From: Takakia lepidozioides | Taxonomy: Eukaryota > Plantae > Bryophyta | DNA length: 64,000 nt | Direction of reading: 5' to 3' | Assembly (NCBI GenBank): GCA_030704615.1 | Contig: CM060731.1 | Coordinates: 89,094,001 to 89,158,000, forward strand | Shown: positions 40,801 to 51,509 of the stretch, one piece after another | How the letters are laid out: each line of letters starts with the position of its first letter | How positions within the stretch are numbered: the first letter of the stretch is position 1 | Program-made: the position numbers and the translations under genes | Notes under the pieces: generated by a model | What the model was told of the DNA's origin: nothing | Seen by the model: the letters and a program-made list of their open reading frames with translations, nothing else | The model's database searches: none

Positions 40801-43428
40801 TGCAGGCCAAGCAGCCCGTTTGGTAATCTCCCTCACCCCCTTCTGATTGCTCTTACGTTGTGGCATGTTCTGATGGAAGAGACACCCACGAGTGGGTTTT
40901 ATCGCTTGTGCAGAATTAGTTGTTATGTGATATGCAGGGCAGTGCTTTGTCCATATGCTCCTGGCATTTTGTACTGACAGTGTGTGGATGGGCAAATACA
41001 GAAAAGACGCAAAGCATGGAGCCCGTCACTGTCCGAGCTCGGGGCAGAGTGCAAGAACGCTGCGACTGGCACCCCATCAGAGTCTGTTTTGAGCCAGGTA
41101 TGTTTTGAAGTCCGGTTTCCATTCATGAATCTGTTGCTGTACTAAGATTTGGTGGGTATGTGGGGCCCCCACGCATGGTACACGAGGGGTGTTATGCCAA
41201 ACCTAGCCATCTCCTAATGCCTGAAATCCTGCACATTCGGCCTCTTCTTCTGGTTTTTAACAGTACGGGTGGGTGTTTGTATGCGTAGGGAGCGGGGAAC
41301 TCAATGGCAGCCCGCATCGGGGCCCTGGAGAGGCTTGCGGCTCTCTCTGCGGAGCGGGAGAGGGGAATGGAAGCACAACTGAAGAAGATAGTGGAACTCA
41401 TGATGGGGCAAACAGGGGGTGTGACGGGTGGCATTATGGAAGACCCCCCTGCTGCAACCATTGTACCTGACAAGGAGGAAGTAATTGTAGTGGGTAGGGA
41501 TGTGACAGAGGTCCGGGCTGTTGTTGATGATATTCACAGTGGGGGGCAGGGTCCACTCGTTGAAGAGGGAGAGGTCCAGCAAGTTGGTGGGGATGACATG
41601 GACGATGGGGGGGTCATTGCTCATGATGGGGGAAAAGGGGAAGCTGTAGGGGGAGAGGGTGGTAGTTTGCCTGGTCCAAGCTGCAGGGGGACCGAAACTT
41701 TGCCCTCCGGGGTGACTGTTGTCTCCCAACCCACTGAGGTGAGACCCCGTGACACCCCTTCAAAAGCTCCTTTCATAGAAAAGTCGAAACTAATTGTTCT
41801 AGACCTGAACGGGATCCTGTGCCACTCTATTCCTAACTTTCAGCCCAACCTGAGGCATCATTGGCCATGGGTGTTGACCACCAACAAGTATGTTTTCCCA
41901 AGGCCCCAGGTCTGCGAGTTTTTAAACCTTCTCTTCCGGTATTTCTACGTTGGGATATGGTCTTGTGCTTCCAAGGGGAATGTTGCAGACATCTTCAAAG
42001 TGGTCATGCAGGGGGTCAAGGGTTCTCCCCTCTTTGTGTGGTCACAAGAGGAGTGTGACCCCTTGACAGAGCCACACCCCACAAAAGGGCCTGCCGTACA
42101 GAACTTACAGAAGATACTGTCGAGGGTGTGGTCGGAATTTTCTGGATTTAACGAATCCAACACCCTCCTAGTGGATGATTCACCACACAAGGGGAGGGGG
42201 AACTCCCCTTTGAACATGGTCCATCCATTGTCGTTTGATGTCACTGGCAATGTTAGTGAGGGGCCCGATTCAGACTACCTTTTAGAAACAGTCTGGCCCT
42301 ACTGCCAAGATTTGTTTTGCTCCAAGGATGTGCGTGTCTTCACAAGCACGCGGAAGCTGACCCCGACTGGCAGCTTGAATGTGGGAGAGGATGGGGTCGT
42401 TGGGGAAGTACTTCTGCGCCCATGCAGGTGAAACTAACCTTACTGTTTGCAACATGACATCGAAGCCAAAGTCCATGTTTGTTTTGTTCCCCCCGGATGC
42501 CCTCTCACGCAAGGCTGGCACTATATGTTTTGCAGGGACCACATGTACAGGGAGTGGCAGTGGGGTCGAATGTGAAGAAGGTGGGTCCTGCGCCTACGAC
42601 CATAGTGCTATGGCGGCAGCATTCCGGATTCCCCCCCCGGCATGAGGAGGCAGCGCCCAAGGTATGGTTGTTCCTAGCCCCTCTCCGCAAACTTACTTGG
42701 TTGGTTTCCTTTATGGATACACTTCCTGAAGCGTTGCAATGTGTATTCATTGCAGGTGAGCAAGAGGAGTGGGCTGTCCCCGGCACCATCATCGCAGCAG
42801 GACGTGGTTCCCCAGGCATGCATTCATGGCTCCTTGCTTTGCCTGGCTGGTTTTTAGTAGGGTTATTTTTGCCAGGAAGTTGTAGTGCTAGGGTCTGAGC
42901 AGGGTGTTTGTTAGCTTGCTCCGTGGAGGTGTGTTTATACCATTGCAACCACCAGAGTTCATGTTATTCTTATCCGTCTGACTAAACCTCTTTTTGCTGC
43001 TGCAGTTGAAGACACGTGGGCAGCTTTCCTCAGTTGTCACCCTCAGCGACGAGCTTTGCTTCAAGGTACGTTGGTACACCGTGAATTGGCTGCTGATTCA
43101 GTATTGTGGCAACCGAGATCGTTTCCATGCCCAGCTGCGCTTGACTTTCACCCTGTCATTGCTATGTTTGTTGCTGAGTGGACCCTGATGTTGGTGTCTG
43201 CAGATATCAGATCCCGTGTTTCTCCTGAACCCCCATGACAAGCGGTCAAAGACAGCCGCCGCCAAGGCGGAAGTGGTGGGAATAGCCGGGGTTGACAAGT
43301 TCCACTGCAAGGACATTCAATCCGGGTGGTACAAGGTGAAAGTCCACGAGATCATGCTTCCAAGTGTTACATTGCCTTGCCCAAATGTGGACGATGCCCC
43401 CCCCCAGACCAGGGATGCCTTGGCGTGA
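37890..43428 (+). CDS. Putative multi-exon CACTA TnpA-like gene (Ser/Pro-rich N-term, Transposase_24-like, HAD/FCP1-like, C-terminal CACTA-associated domain)
   Basis: Same-strand ORFs 37890-38189 (ends GAG|GTGAG), 39989-40846, 41304-42431 and 43204-43428 (AKAEVVG...FHCKDIQSGWYKVKVHEI...LPCPN). The exon joining is inferred. Confidence 0.5.
38265..39385 (-). mobile_element. 5'-truncated LINE (RT C-terminal half) within the CACTA gene
   Basis: LLYADDVALL, VNLSKTKIVVF, YRYLG, LRIETGRW...RLCPAC...ETEEHFFFYC. Confidence 0.85.
41304..42431 (+). CDS. HAD-superfamily FCP1/SCP (NIF)-like phosphatase domain exon
   Basis: KLIVLDLNGILCH, FPRPQVCEFL, VGIWS, QKILSRVW, NTLLVDDSPHK. Confidence 0.85.
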   Translation: MAARIGALERLAALSAERERGMEAQLKKIVELMMGQTGGVTGGIMEDPPAATIVPDKEEVIVVGRDVTEVRAVVDDIHSGGQGPLVEEGEVQQVGGDDMDDGGVIAHDGGKGEAVGGEGGSLPGPSCRGTETLPSGVTVVSQPTEVRPRDTPSKAPFIEKSKLIVLDLNGILCHSIPNFQPNLRHHWPWVLTTNKYVFPRPQVCEFLNLLFRYFYVGIWSCASKGNVADIFKVVMQGVKGSPLFVWSQEECDPLTEPHPTKGPAVQNLQKILSRVWSEFSGFNESNTLLVDDSPHKGRGNSPLNMVHPLSFDVTGNVSEGPDSDYLLETVWPYCQDLFCSKDVRVFTSTRKLTPTGSLNVGEDGVVGEVLLRPCR

Positions 43429-44308
43429 GCCTGGTCACGTGAGCGCGTTAGCGCAACTGTGCAACTGCGCTCACGCCACGTCACCTTGCGCAAATGTCAC
43501 GTCACGGGGCTCACTCCACGTCATCACACATGAAGGCCGCGTCACCACGCGCCCAGAAAGAAGTGGAGTGTATTCCCGCGGATTGTCACCCTTTACTGCG
43601 GAAACAAGCTGGACGACATAATAAAAGGCATTGAATAAAGGATGGATGAATGTACAGTTGGATGATAAACAGATGGATGAGTGTGAAAAATGAATGTAGA
43701 TGGATGAATGAGGGATGGATAAGAGTAAAATGGATGAATGTATAATGGATGTTGAGCAATGACAAAAATTCATGACAGGAAGATGCATGACCAAAACTTT
43801 TGACGAATGCACAACGTATATGAAATGAGTGTGGAAGGTTTGTGGGGTGGATTAAAGAGTACAGAGGATGAATGTACAATGGATGTTGAACAAAGGAAAA
43901 AAATCATGAATGGAGCACGCATGAATACACTGTAGATGAATGCACAATGGATATGAGAAGAGTCAAGGAGGTTTGTGAGATGGATTCATACATATTGCAA
44001 TTTAAATGAAAGTTGATTCTGTGATTATTATTTGTTCTAAAGGAACAACTACGGTGGAGGAAGGGGATTCAACGTTTTCCACATAGTGGGGGCTGCTATT
44101 TCATGAGCGGCATGAGCATGAGCGGAAAAAAAAAAAGCATGAGCAGACCATTGTGAGTCCACGGAAATAGGGTTAGGAGGCACGGAAATAGGGTCATGTG
44201 AAGTTGGAATGTGGCACCAGTGGACTTGAAATGCAACATTTTATTGCAAATTTTGTGGCAAGCCACGTCTATACAAGTGTGTTCTAACTGTCATAGCCGG
44301 AATGGGCA

Positions 44309-47300
44309 CTACTCTCCTACACCCTCCGAGGAACTTGCCCCACCTTCTTCCTCATCCCCCTCATCCCCCTCATCCTCCGATCTCTGTGATGCATCAGTTC
44401 CACTATGCCTCTCAAAAATCCCGTCCTCTCCTTGGGGGACTGTCCACCTCACCTCCTGGGAATCTTCTGCGTCTTCTCCCCCACTTTCCTCAGCAGAATC
44501 CAACACAAATCTACGAGCTCAACGGGCTCTAATAGCTGCTGCCTCCTCCCTCATCTTCATTTTCTTGAGGCTTGCCTCGTCTAAAATCTGCTGTACACGA
44601 CTACGTTCGGAACACCTCCTAATGGACACCGAAGCAAGCCGGGCAGCATAAGTAGGAAGGATGTACTCCCTTTCTGGACTAGGCATGAAATCCCCCCTGG
44701 CAAAAAAAGGCACGTTCCTCCTGCCATGAACTCCGGTGTAGACGTCCCTCCGGCAGTACTTGGCATCCTACAGTAAGAACAAATCCACTTGAAGAATGTC
44801 AATACCAGCACAACCAGAAAGGGTTTTCAATGAAATAAGAGAGCGGAGGGAGGTGCCTCACAAAATCTGGAGGCAACTTACAATGCCACCACTCACTCGT
44901 AAACCGGGGGCTCCTCGGCCTCGATCCCAACTTCCTCCCCCTGCTCCTTCTCGGATTTTTCCTCATCCTCCGAGGATGCCTCTTCCTCTTTCGGCAGACG
45001 TTCAGCCGCTGCAAGTTCCGAGTTGTGGAGGGCAGTATCTGGCTCGAAGGCGAACACATGCCTGTCGGACAACATCCCTGCCCACATTGAAGCACCTGAG
45101 GAACAAAGCGGGCGGTTAATAGCTTGTGGCATGCAATTGCAATGGGGCCAGGGGACAAACTGAGCACGTGAAGGCTTACCCGTGCCGCATGTGAGGTCCA
45201 GAATCCGCCCTTGGACATCCGAGCACGTCTCCATGAGGGTTTGGATGAAAGCAGGGCTCCGGGTCCGGCTGTACCGCCACGGTTTGCCTGTCTTTGTGTC
45301 CTTCGGCATACTAGAGTGGGGCACATAGTTGTAGAGGACATCGTAGGTTACAGGGTCCACAGCGGCATCAACAAGACGACCGTCGTTGCGGAATTTGAAC
45401 GTAGACCCTCTCTTCACAAAGCAATATGCCTCAAACACCAATGTCTGCACATCCAACAAAGAAGGGATCAATTCCAGGGTCTACTTAACATACACCACAA
45501 TATGAAGTGAATGCAATAGATTGATAACTTACACTTTGGCCCTCTGTTCGCAACCCCTGCGTACTGATGCAGAACCATTTTCTGAGGAGGACCGGGGTGA
45601 CACTTTTCGGTGTCTACCTTGCCACCGCATTCTCTGTGGTCTTCCCTCTCGTGGCAAGGACAACCACACATCCACCGTCATCCATAAGCATCCCCGCCAG
45701 CCCAAACCCGGCTTTCCAGTAGTCCTCAGTAAACCTGTTCCAGGTGGGCACACCATCCAGGCCCTCCAGCAGCTCCCCATCTGGAATGTCGAGGAGAATC
45801 ATGTCGCAAGCTCTCTCCACCTCAACCCCCCCCGAGTGCTCTTGCAATTCGTGCTCACAGCCGTGAAGAATTCCATCATGGCTTCAAAACCAGGGGTGTC
45901 TTTAGGCTCTGTACCGGCAGCCCTCTTCTTGGCTTTCCCCTTCTGCTCCGCCAGAGACTTGTTGTGTGCCACCTTCTTCGCCCTGGCAGCGAGAGCGTCA
46001 AGGAAGCTCTCATTGACGCATTGGATGATGGTTGGAGGTTCTAGCTTTGGCCTGTGCGTAAACGTCACCGCCGAATACCGCCGTGTAGGCTCGCCCTCAA
46101 ATGCCAACTTCTTGGCAGAGCCAGTCCCACTCCGAACTGACTTGGGAACCCGGACGACCGGTGACTGGGTAGGAGCAACAGCAGTCGCAGGACCTTGAAC
46201 AAAATCGGCGTCGGAGTCACTCTCTTGGGTCCCCTCCTGCGCCTCCTCCGATGCCCCGATGGTTTTCTTCTTTTTGGGTGTTACTGCAGTCACCTGTTTC
46301 CTTGTCCTTTTCCTTTGACCTTTACTCTTCTCATGCAATTTCTCCTGAATTCCTGCCTGAGCAAGCTCTGCCGCTTTCCTGGAGTTCGCAAGCGCTTTTG
46401 CCTCTTTTGCACCCAACGGAGGCAGCGGAGCCCGGTTTCGTCGGAATTCAGCATCCAGCTTCAATTGAAACTCGGATGGGTCGAGCGAGCCGGGCGGAAG
46501 GTCCACATACCAAGGGCAATCACGCAAATGTTCCAGATGCCACTCCTTCACAATATCGTCAGTGTACATGGAGTCAGCCCCAGGGTTCCTCCATGCCAGG
46601 AAGAATGGTGGCTCGAAAGACAGATGACCTTTCTCCAAAAGCGAGAACTTACAGTACCTGCATTCATGAAAAACACAATGAGGTCCGAAAATGGCTAAGT
46701 CTCTGAACGGCAATAGGGCCTACAACTGGAATATGGCGCCGAATTTCCACTTCAGGCCACCCAGTCTAGGGACTTAGCCCGAAAATGGCTAAGTCCCTCG
46801 ACGGCAATAGGGCCTAGAACTGGAAAACGGCGCCGAATTTCCAGTTCCGGGCCAGCCAGTCTAGGGACTTAGCCCGAAAATGGCTAAGTCCCTGGACGGC
46901 AATAGGGCCTAGAACTGGAAAACGGCGCCGAATTTCCAGTTCCGGGCCAGCCACACTAGGGACTTAGGCCGAAAATGGCTAACTCCCTGAACGGCAATAG
47001 GGCCTAAAACTGGAATATGGCGCCGAATTTCCACTTCAGGGCCAGCCAGTCTAGGGACTTGGGCCGAAAATGGGTAAGTCCCTGAACGGCAATAGGGCCT
47101 AGAACTGGAAAATGGCGCCGAATTTCCAGTTCTGGGCCAGCCAGTCTAGGGACTTAGCCATTTTCGGAGCCCTGACTGGAAATTCGGCGCCATTTTCCCT
47201 AACACCACTTGAGGCCTCTAACATCCTGCAATGCCAGGACTTGAAAGAAAGGCAGCGCGTATGTACCTGTACAGAAGGCGCATTGCTGCTTTGTCCGCGT

Positions 47301-49897
47301 TCGGCTGGTCGGTGAACTCGTGGCTCCGACGAGCATCTACTATCTCCCGAAAGAATAGGTTGGTTTTGTAGAGCAGAAAGTACCTCGTCACATAGTCACG
47401 TAGGCTCTCTGCTGCAGGAGATATCTCCATCTTGAACTGATGTGCTTGTGTGTCCAGCTGCTCTTGCGCATTCGTCGTCACCTGTGGAGATTGTCCATCA
47501 GATCGCTTTCCTCAAAAAATACAATGAATCCACCCCCTACTAGAGTACAAGCCCCAAACGAAGCGTGGGGAAGTACCTGAAACCACCATGTCATGCGGTT
47601 CATCCACATGTCGAATGTGGGGTCAGAGAGTTTGTCCGGTTTGGGGAAGCTCCACATGTCCCTGGTACTTTGGGAACCATTCCAGATTTGGAGCCACCGG
47701 GTCTGTCCAACCACCCAGCATATTCGTAAGCGCCAAACACCACAAAAAGGAGTTGTTGCCACCACAATTTGGTTAAGAATGTATCACCTTTTCTGTTGCA
47801 TCCACACAGGATGTGGCTAGACGATGGAGCTTCTCCAATGTCATCGTGGGCTTCAGAGCGCGAGAGTAGTGCTTCCCCACCTCCACCAGAAAGTCGGCAC
47901 CAAGGGCGGGATCAGCTATGGCCACGTACTTTACCATCCGCGACTTGTACTTTATGCGGGCCCTCACCTCCGCAGCTTTGACATACGATTCGAGTTCCGG
48001 GAGGGTTGGATTCTTCTCCTCTGACTCCATGTAGAACCTCCGCGCATGTGCCAAATCCTGCTGTATTTTCGTCTGTCGAAAAGGCGCACATAAGATTAGA
48101 GATCCTGCTCAACACAATTTCTTCTATTGGGGGAGGAGAGACAAATTAGCTCAACAAAACTGTGAGGAGCTTTACCCGAAATATGTAGTCCACCATGGCG
48201 TCGACGCTCAGCCTATACCAGGTTCTGTCTGCCTTTGCCTCCGACTTGCGCAGGAGGTCGGCACTGAGGGAATTGGCAAACTCTTGCACCCCCTGCTTCC
48301 CGACATCCTTCACTCGGAAGAGCATATGGGACAAGTTCGTGGCAATGAAGGCATTCTCAGTCACCCTGCAGTGCCACATTTCCATCAAACAATACTGAAA
48401 TGGGAATTTTCATCATATATGAGGATTCGCAATGAAATGACTTCCAAATTCAAAGTCCAAAAGCGAGAGGGTTGTAGCTTACGAGTTGATGTCGGCCATT
48501 GCAGCTTTGAGAAGACTGCGATCTTTGGGCCCCGCAACCTTCAGCACAACACAATCGACGGCGAAATGCCAATCGAGATCGTTGGGGTGGGCTTGGGCAA
48601 TGTGCTCCATCCATGCCAGGAGGCGATGATTGCCGTCCCACACGTAGAACATCTTACCGGACATGTGCTGGAAAAGAGGATCACTAGCAATCGATCTCTC
48701 GAACTCCTCATTTCGCGTTTGCCAATGGGGACCCCATTTGTCCACCTCATCGGAAGTGTGGGCACGGGAAGCTCCGTGGTCGTTCTCAATGGAAACGTAA
48801 AAGGCGGCAGACCCCATTCGATATCCATCCCGGAAAGAGAATTTCAGCTTGTCGATATCGCCTGGCAGGGCAGGTCTCACCACCTGCAATGACACCAAGC
48901 GGCAAAGGGGAATTCGAAGCTTGGCCGGGTACACCATGCCCCCCAGCACCCTGCCAATGTTGCTGTGGGTTGCCTCCAACATCTTGGCAGCGGCCAACTT
49001 CATATCCGCCTCAGACATGACGTCTGCTGCAGAGGGGTTTTCCGGCAGCCCACCAGGACCGCCAAATCCAGCCTGTATGCTCCGGGTTTGGGGCCTGGGG
49101 ATGTCCGGGAGGATGTCATCCTGGTCAGAAACCTCCATGTCGTCCTCCTCAACAGGGTCAGCCACCTGCGAAACAACCTCCAGCACTCTTGTCGTCTCTA
49201 CTGCCCTCTCCCTGGCTTCACCTCGAACTTGCACAATCCGTGCTCTTTCAGGTGTTCTTTCCTCTCCTCCACTCTCCACCGTATGGGTAATTGCGGGGGC
49301 TGCTCTTGCCCGCGATGGTCTAACCGGTGTGCTACTGCCTCTCTGTGGTGTCTTGTAGGGATCCACCGTCTCTGTGGGTCCCTCGCTTACATTGGCATCT
49401 GTCATTTGGGCACCCTGGCCTCTTCAGCTGCCTTTTGTCTTTCCTCCTGGCTAGCATTCTGTCTCGTCTGTTCTTTTGCCCTCTCTTTTGCCCTCTCACG
49501 GGCTTTCTGTTTCTTACTAGGGCTAGCAGCAGGGGAGCCCTCCAGGACGACCACCTTTGATTGAGGCGAACTGAAACCCTCGCGCGCACTGCTCACTCCC
49601 CCCTCCGCAGCCCGTGACTGCTCTCTCGCCGGGGATTGCATGTGCTTAGCTTTCTTTTTTTCTTTGCGTGGGCGGGCCCTACTGCATGTGCATGAAAACC
49701 TCCATTGCCGGATCTGCTGTCCTCATGTCCTCACGCCCTTCACCTGCCATGCCGCCTGCACCAACCTCCCCAATGCCTACTCTGTCGTAATCTCGTTGCA
49801 AGTCCTCCCGTCCACCAACAAAAGGTTTAAGTTTGCCCTCTCGCCCCAAGTTGGGCGATTCAAACATGCGATGAGTTGGAGCTGTCGATGATACCAC
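44309..49897 (-). CDS. Multi-exon gene: ParB/Srx-like domain, helical linker, beta-class N4C/N6A DNA methyltransferase-like domain (few disruptions)
   Basis: ParB-like MFYVWDGNHRLLAW (48483-48925). Motif IV-like CDMILLDIPDG (~45790). After splicing 45179-45096: RTRSPAFIQTLMETCSDVQGRILDLTCGTGASMWAGMLSDRHVFAFEPD, matching the N6_N4_Mtase C-terminal consensus. GT-AG introns; start and end approximate. Confidence 0.8.
46685..47200. repeat. Intronic tandem array, 5 x ~95 bp plus an inverted partial unit, with two hairpin motifs per period
   Basis: Units start at 46685, 46779, 46874, 46969 and 47064. They contain ACTGGAAA-a(c/t)GGCGCCGAA-TTTCCAGT, and AGGGACTTAGCC..GGCTAAGTCCCT spans the unit junctions. 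Confidence 0.92.
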
Positions 49898-50689
49898 CAG
49901 CGTGCCGGGCTCGTCGTCACTCTGTCATTGACAAAAATCGTGAAAACCAACATCGGTGCAAAAAGCAGCATCGCAACGAGCAGCGCAACCACCATAGCAA
50001 CAATCATGTAGCAAAAATGAAAACATAACAAGTTTAGGAAGTATGGAGAGCCATGCAACAACAATGAAAACAAATGCAACCATTGCCTAAGAATGACATG
50101 CACAAGCAGCCTTCTCCAGAGCTGCCGGATTTGCACACGCATTGCAAACAATCTAAGGTTCACTCAACTATCTAAAGTTCACTCATACAGCAAAGCCAGG
50201 ATGAAGATGCAAAAACAAAGCGAAAGCAAAAAATAAATCGAACAAACCGAAAGCAGAAGTGGCTTGCCTGAGAGTACTCGGCTTCAGTTGGCGCAGGTTG
50301 TGAGCAAGACACTGGAATCTCCTGCTGGAGCTTCAGTTTGGCCATGCGAGAGATTGGCCGTCGTCCGTAGTACAGAGCTTTCAACTTCCGCCGCGGTCTG
50401 GATGTGAGGTCTCTCTCAGGAGAGCCACGCCCTTCAGGCGGCATAAGTCCCAGCCAAAAAGATCTCCTTTTTTGGGGTACATGCCTGGAATACCATGTTA
50501 AGCCAAGTTTAGAATGAGATTTAGGGTACGTGTCCAGGAAGCCATGCGTCGCCAGCCAAATAATAACCGACGGCCGTCGACATTTATTGCCCAACTGCGC
50601 AATTAAATGTCGGATGAAGCCCTCCATGTCCGATGAAAATCGACGTAAACAGTCCGGAATTTCCAACGTAGAGGTAATTCGGAGCGCTG

Positions 50690-51210
50690 CACGATGGAAT
50701 TCCGGCGCCGGATTTCCATCCTGCAGGTAATTCGGAGCGCAGCAGGATGGATATCCGGCGCCGAATTTCCATCCGCGGAGGAAGGGCGGCGCTGGAAATT
50801 TCCCTCATGCAGGTAATTCGGAGGAAGCGCGCGGATGGAAATCCGGCGCCGAATTTCCATCCGCGGAGGTAGGGCGGCGGTGGAAATTTCCCTCATGCAG
50901 GTAATTCGGAAGCGCGCGGATGGAAATCCGGCGCCGAATTTCCATCCGCGGAGGAATTTCCCCCCTCCCCGACTGCATCCGAACCGCCCCGGATGGAAAT
51001 TCGGCACCGTTTTTCCATCTGGGGATTTTTATGCCGTCCAGTTTTCGGCCTGACCCCCCGACACGACTCCCTTTGGGGGGCCCGGATGGAAATTCGGCGC
51101 CGAATCTCCATCCAGGGGATGTTCTCTGTCGCACACACTCCGGCCTCTGCGCCGAGGCGACTTCATCCGGGCTTCCTCTGTTGGATATTGGGTGCCGAAT
51201 TTCCATTCGG
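50690..51210. repeat. Cluster of ~7 palindromes GATGGAAATTCGGCGCCGAATTTCCATC in the divergent intergenic region
   Basis: Copies near 50693, 50746, 50834, 50919, 50992, 51085 and 51183. Confidence 0.9.
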
Positions 51211-51509
51211 GGGTAGTAATGTGAGGGCACGGTGCCGGCTTCTCCCCTTCAGCCGTCATCATCCGGACGGCCCCCCACTTTCTGACTGCATACCGTTGGC
51301 AGTTATTGCGCAAAGACCAGGGGCCGCATTCCGGAGACAAGGTTCATTAACACTCTGACTGTGGATTTTTGAGATAGTTGGCTCCCTGGATTTGGATCAG
51401 GCTTCGTCGCTCGGACAAATCGGCATCGCATTCATTCCCATCGCTGCACCCCCTTCTACCAGGGAGCTTCCCCGCACGCCATCCTGGCAGTCTTGTGTGC
51501 ACATCTCCC

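Larger units (their letters stand above)
34577..43426 (+). mobile_element. CACTA (En/Spm) element, left end and internal genes; right end not in window
   Basis: Similarity to the DNMT ends abruptly at CACTAGAAGC. CGACTC/GAGTCG subterminal repeats follow, then internal CACTA-type domains. Confidence 0.75.

Noticed and set aside
46685-47200. CRISPR or tRNA-like array
   Set aside because: Whole ~95-bp units are repeated with no unique spacers, and no cloverleaf or A/B boxes were recognised.
44309-49897. Bacterial or phage contamination as the source of ParB-MTase
   Set aside because: The gene has GT-AG introns conserved between two homologs and lies within TIRs/TSD among plant TEs.
50172-50666. 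Separate gene or first exon of ParB-MTase
   Set aside because: No homology to the element 2 N-terminal exon and only a possible GC donor; cannot be supported without transcripts.
50603-51358. ORFs with repeated MEIRRRIS peptides
   Set aside because: Translations of the palindromic DNA repeats, appearing on both strands.
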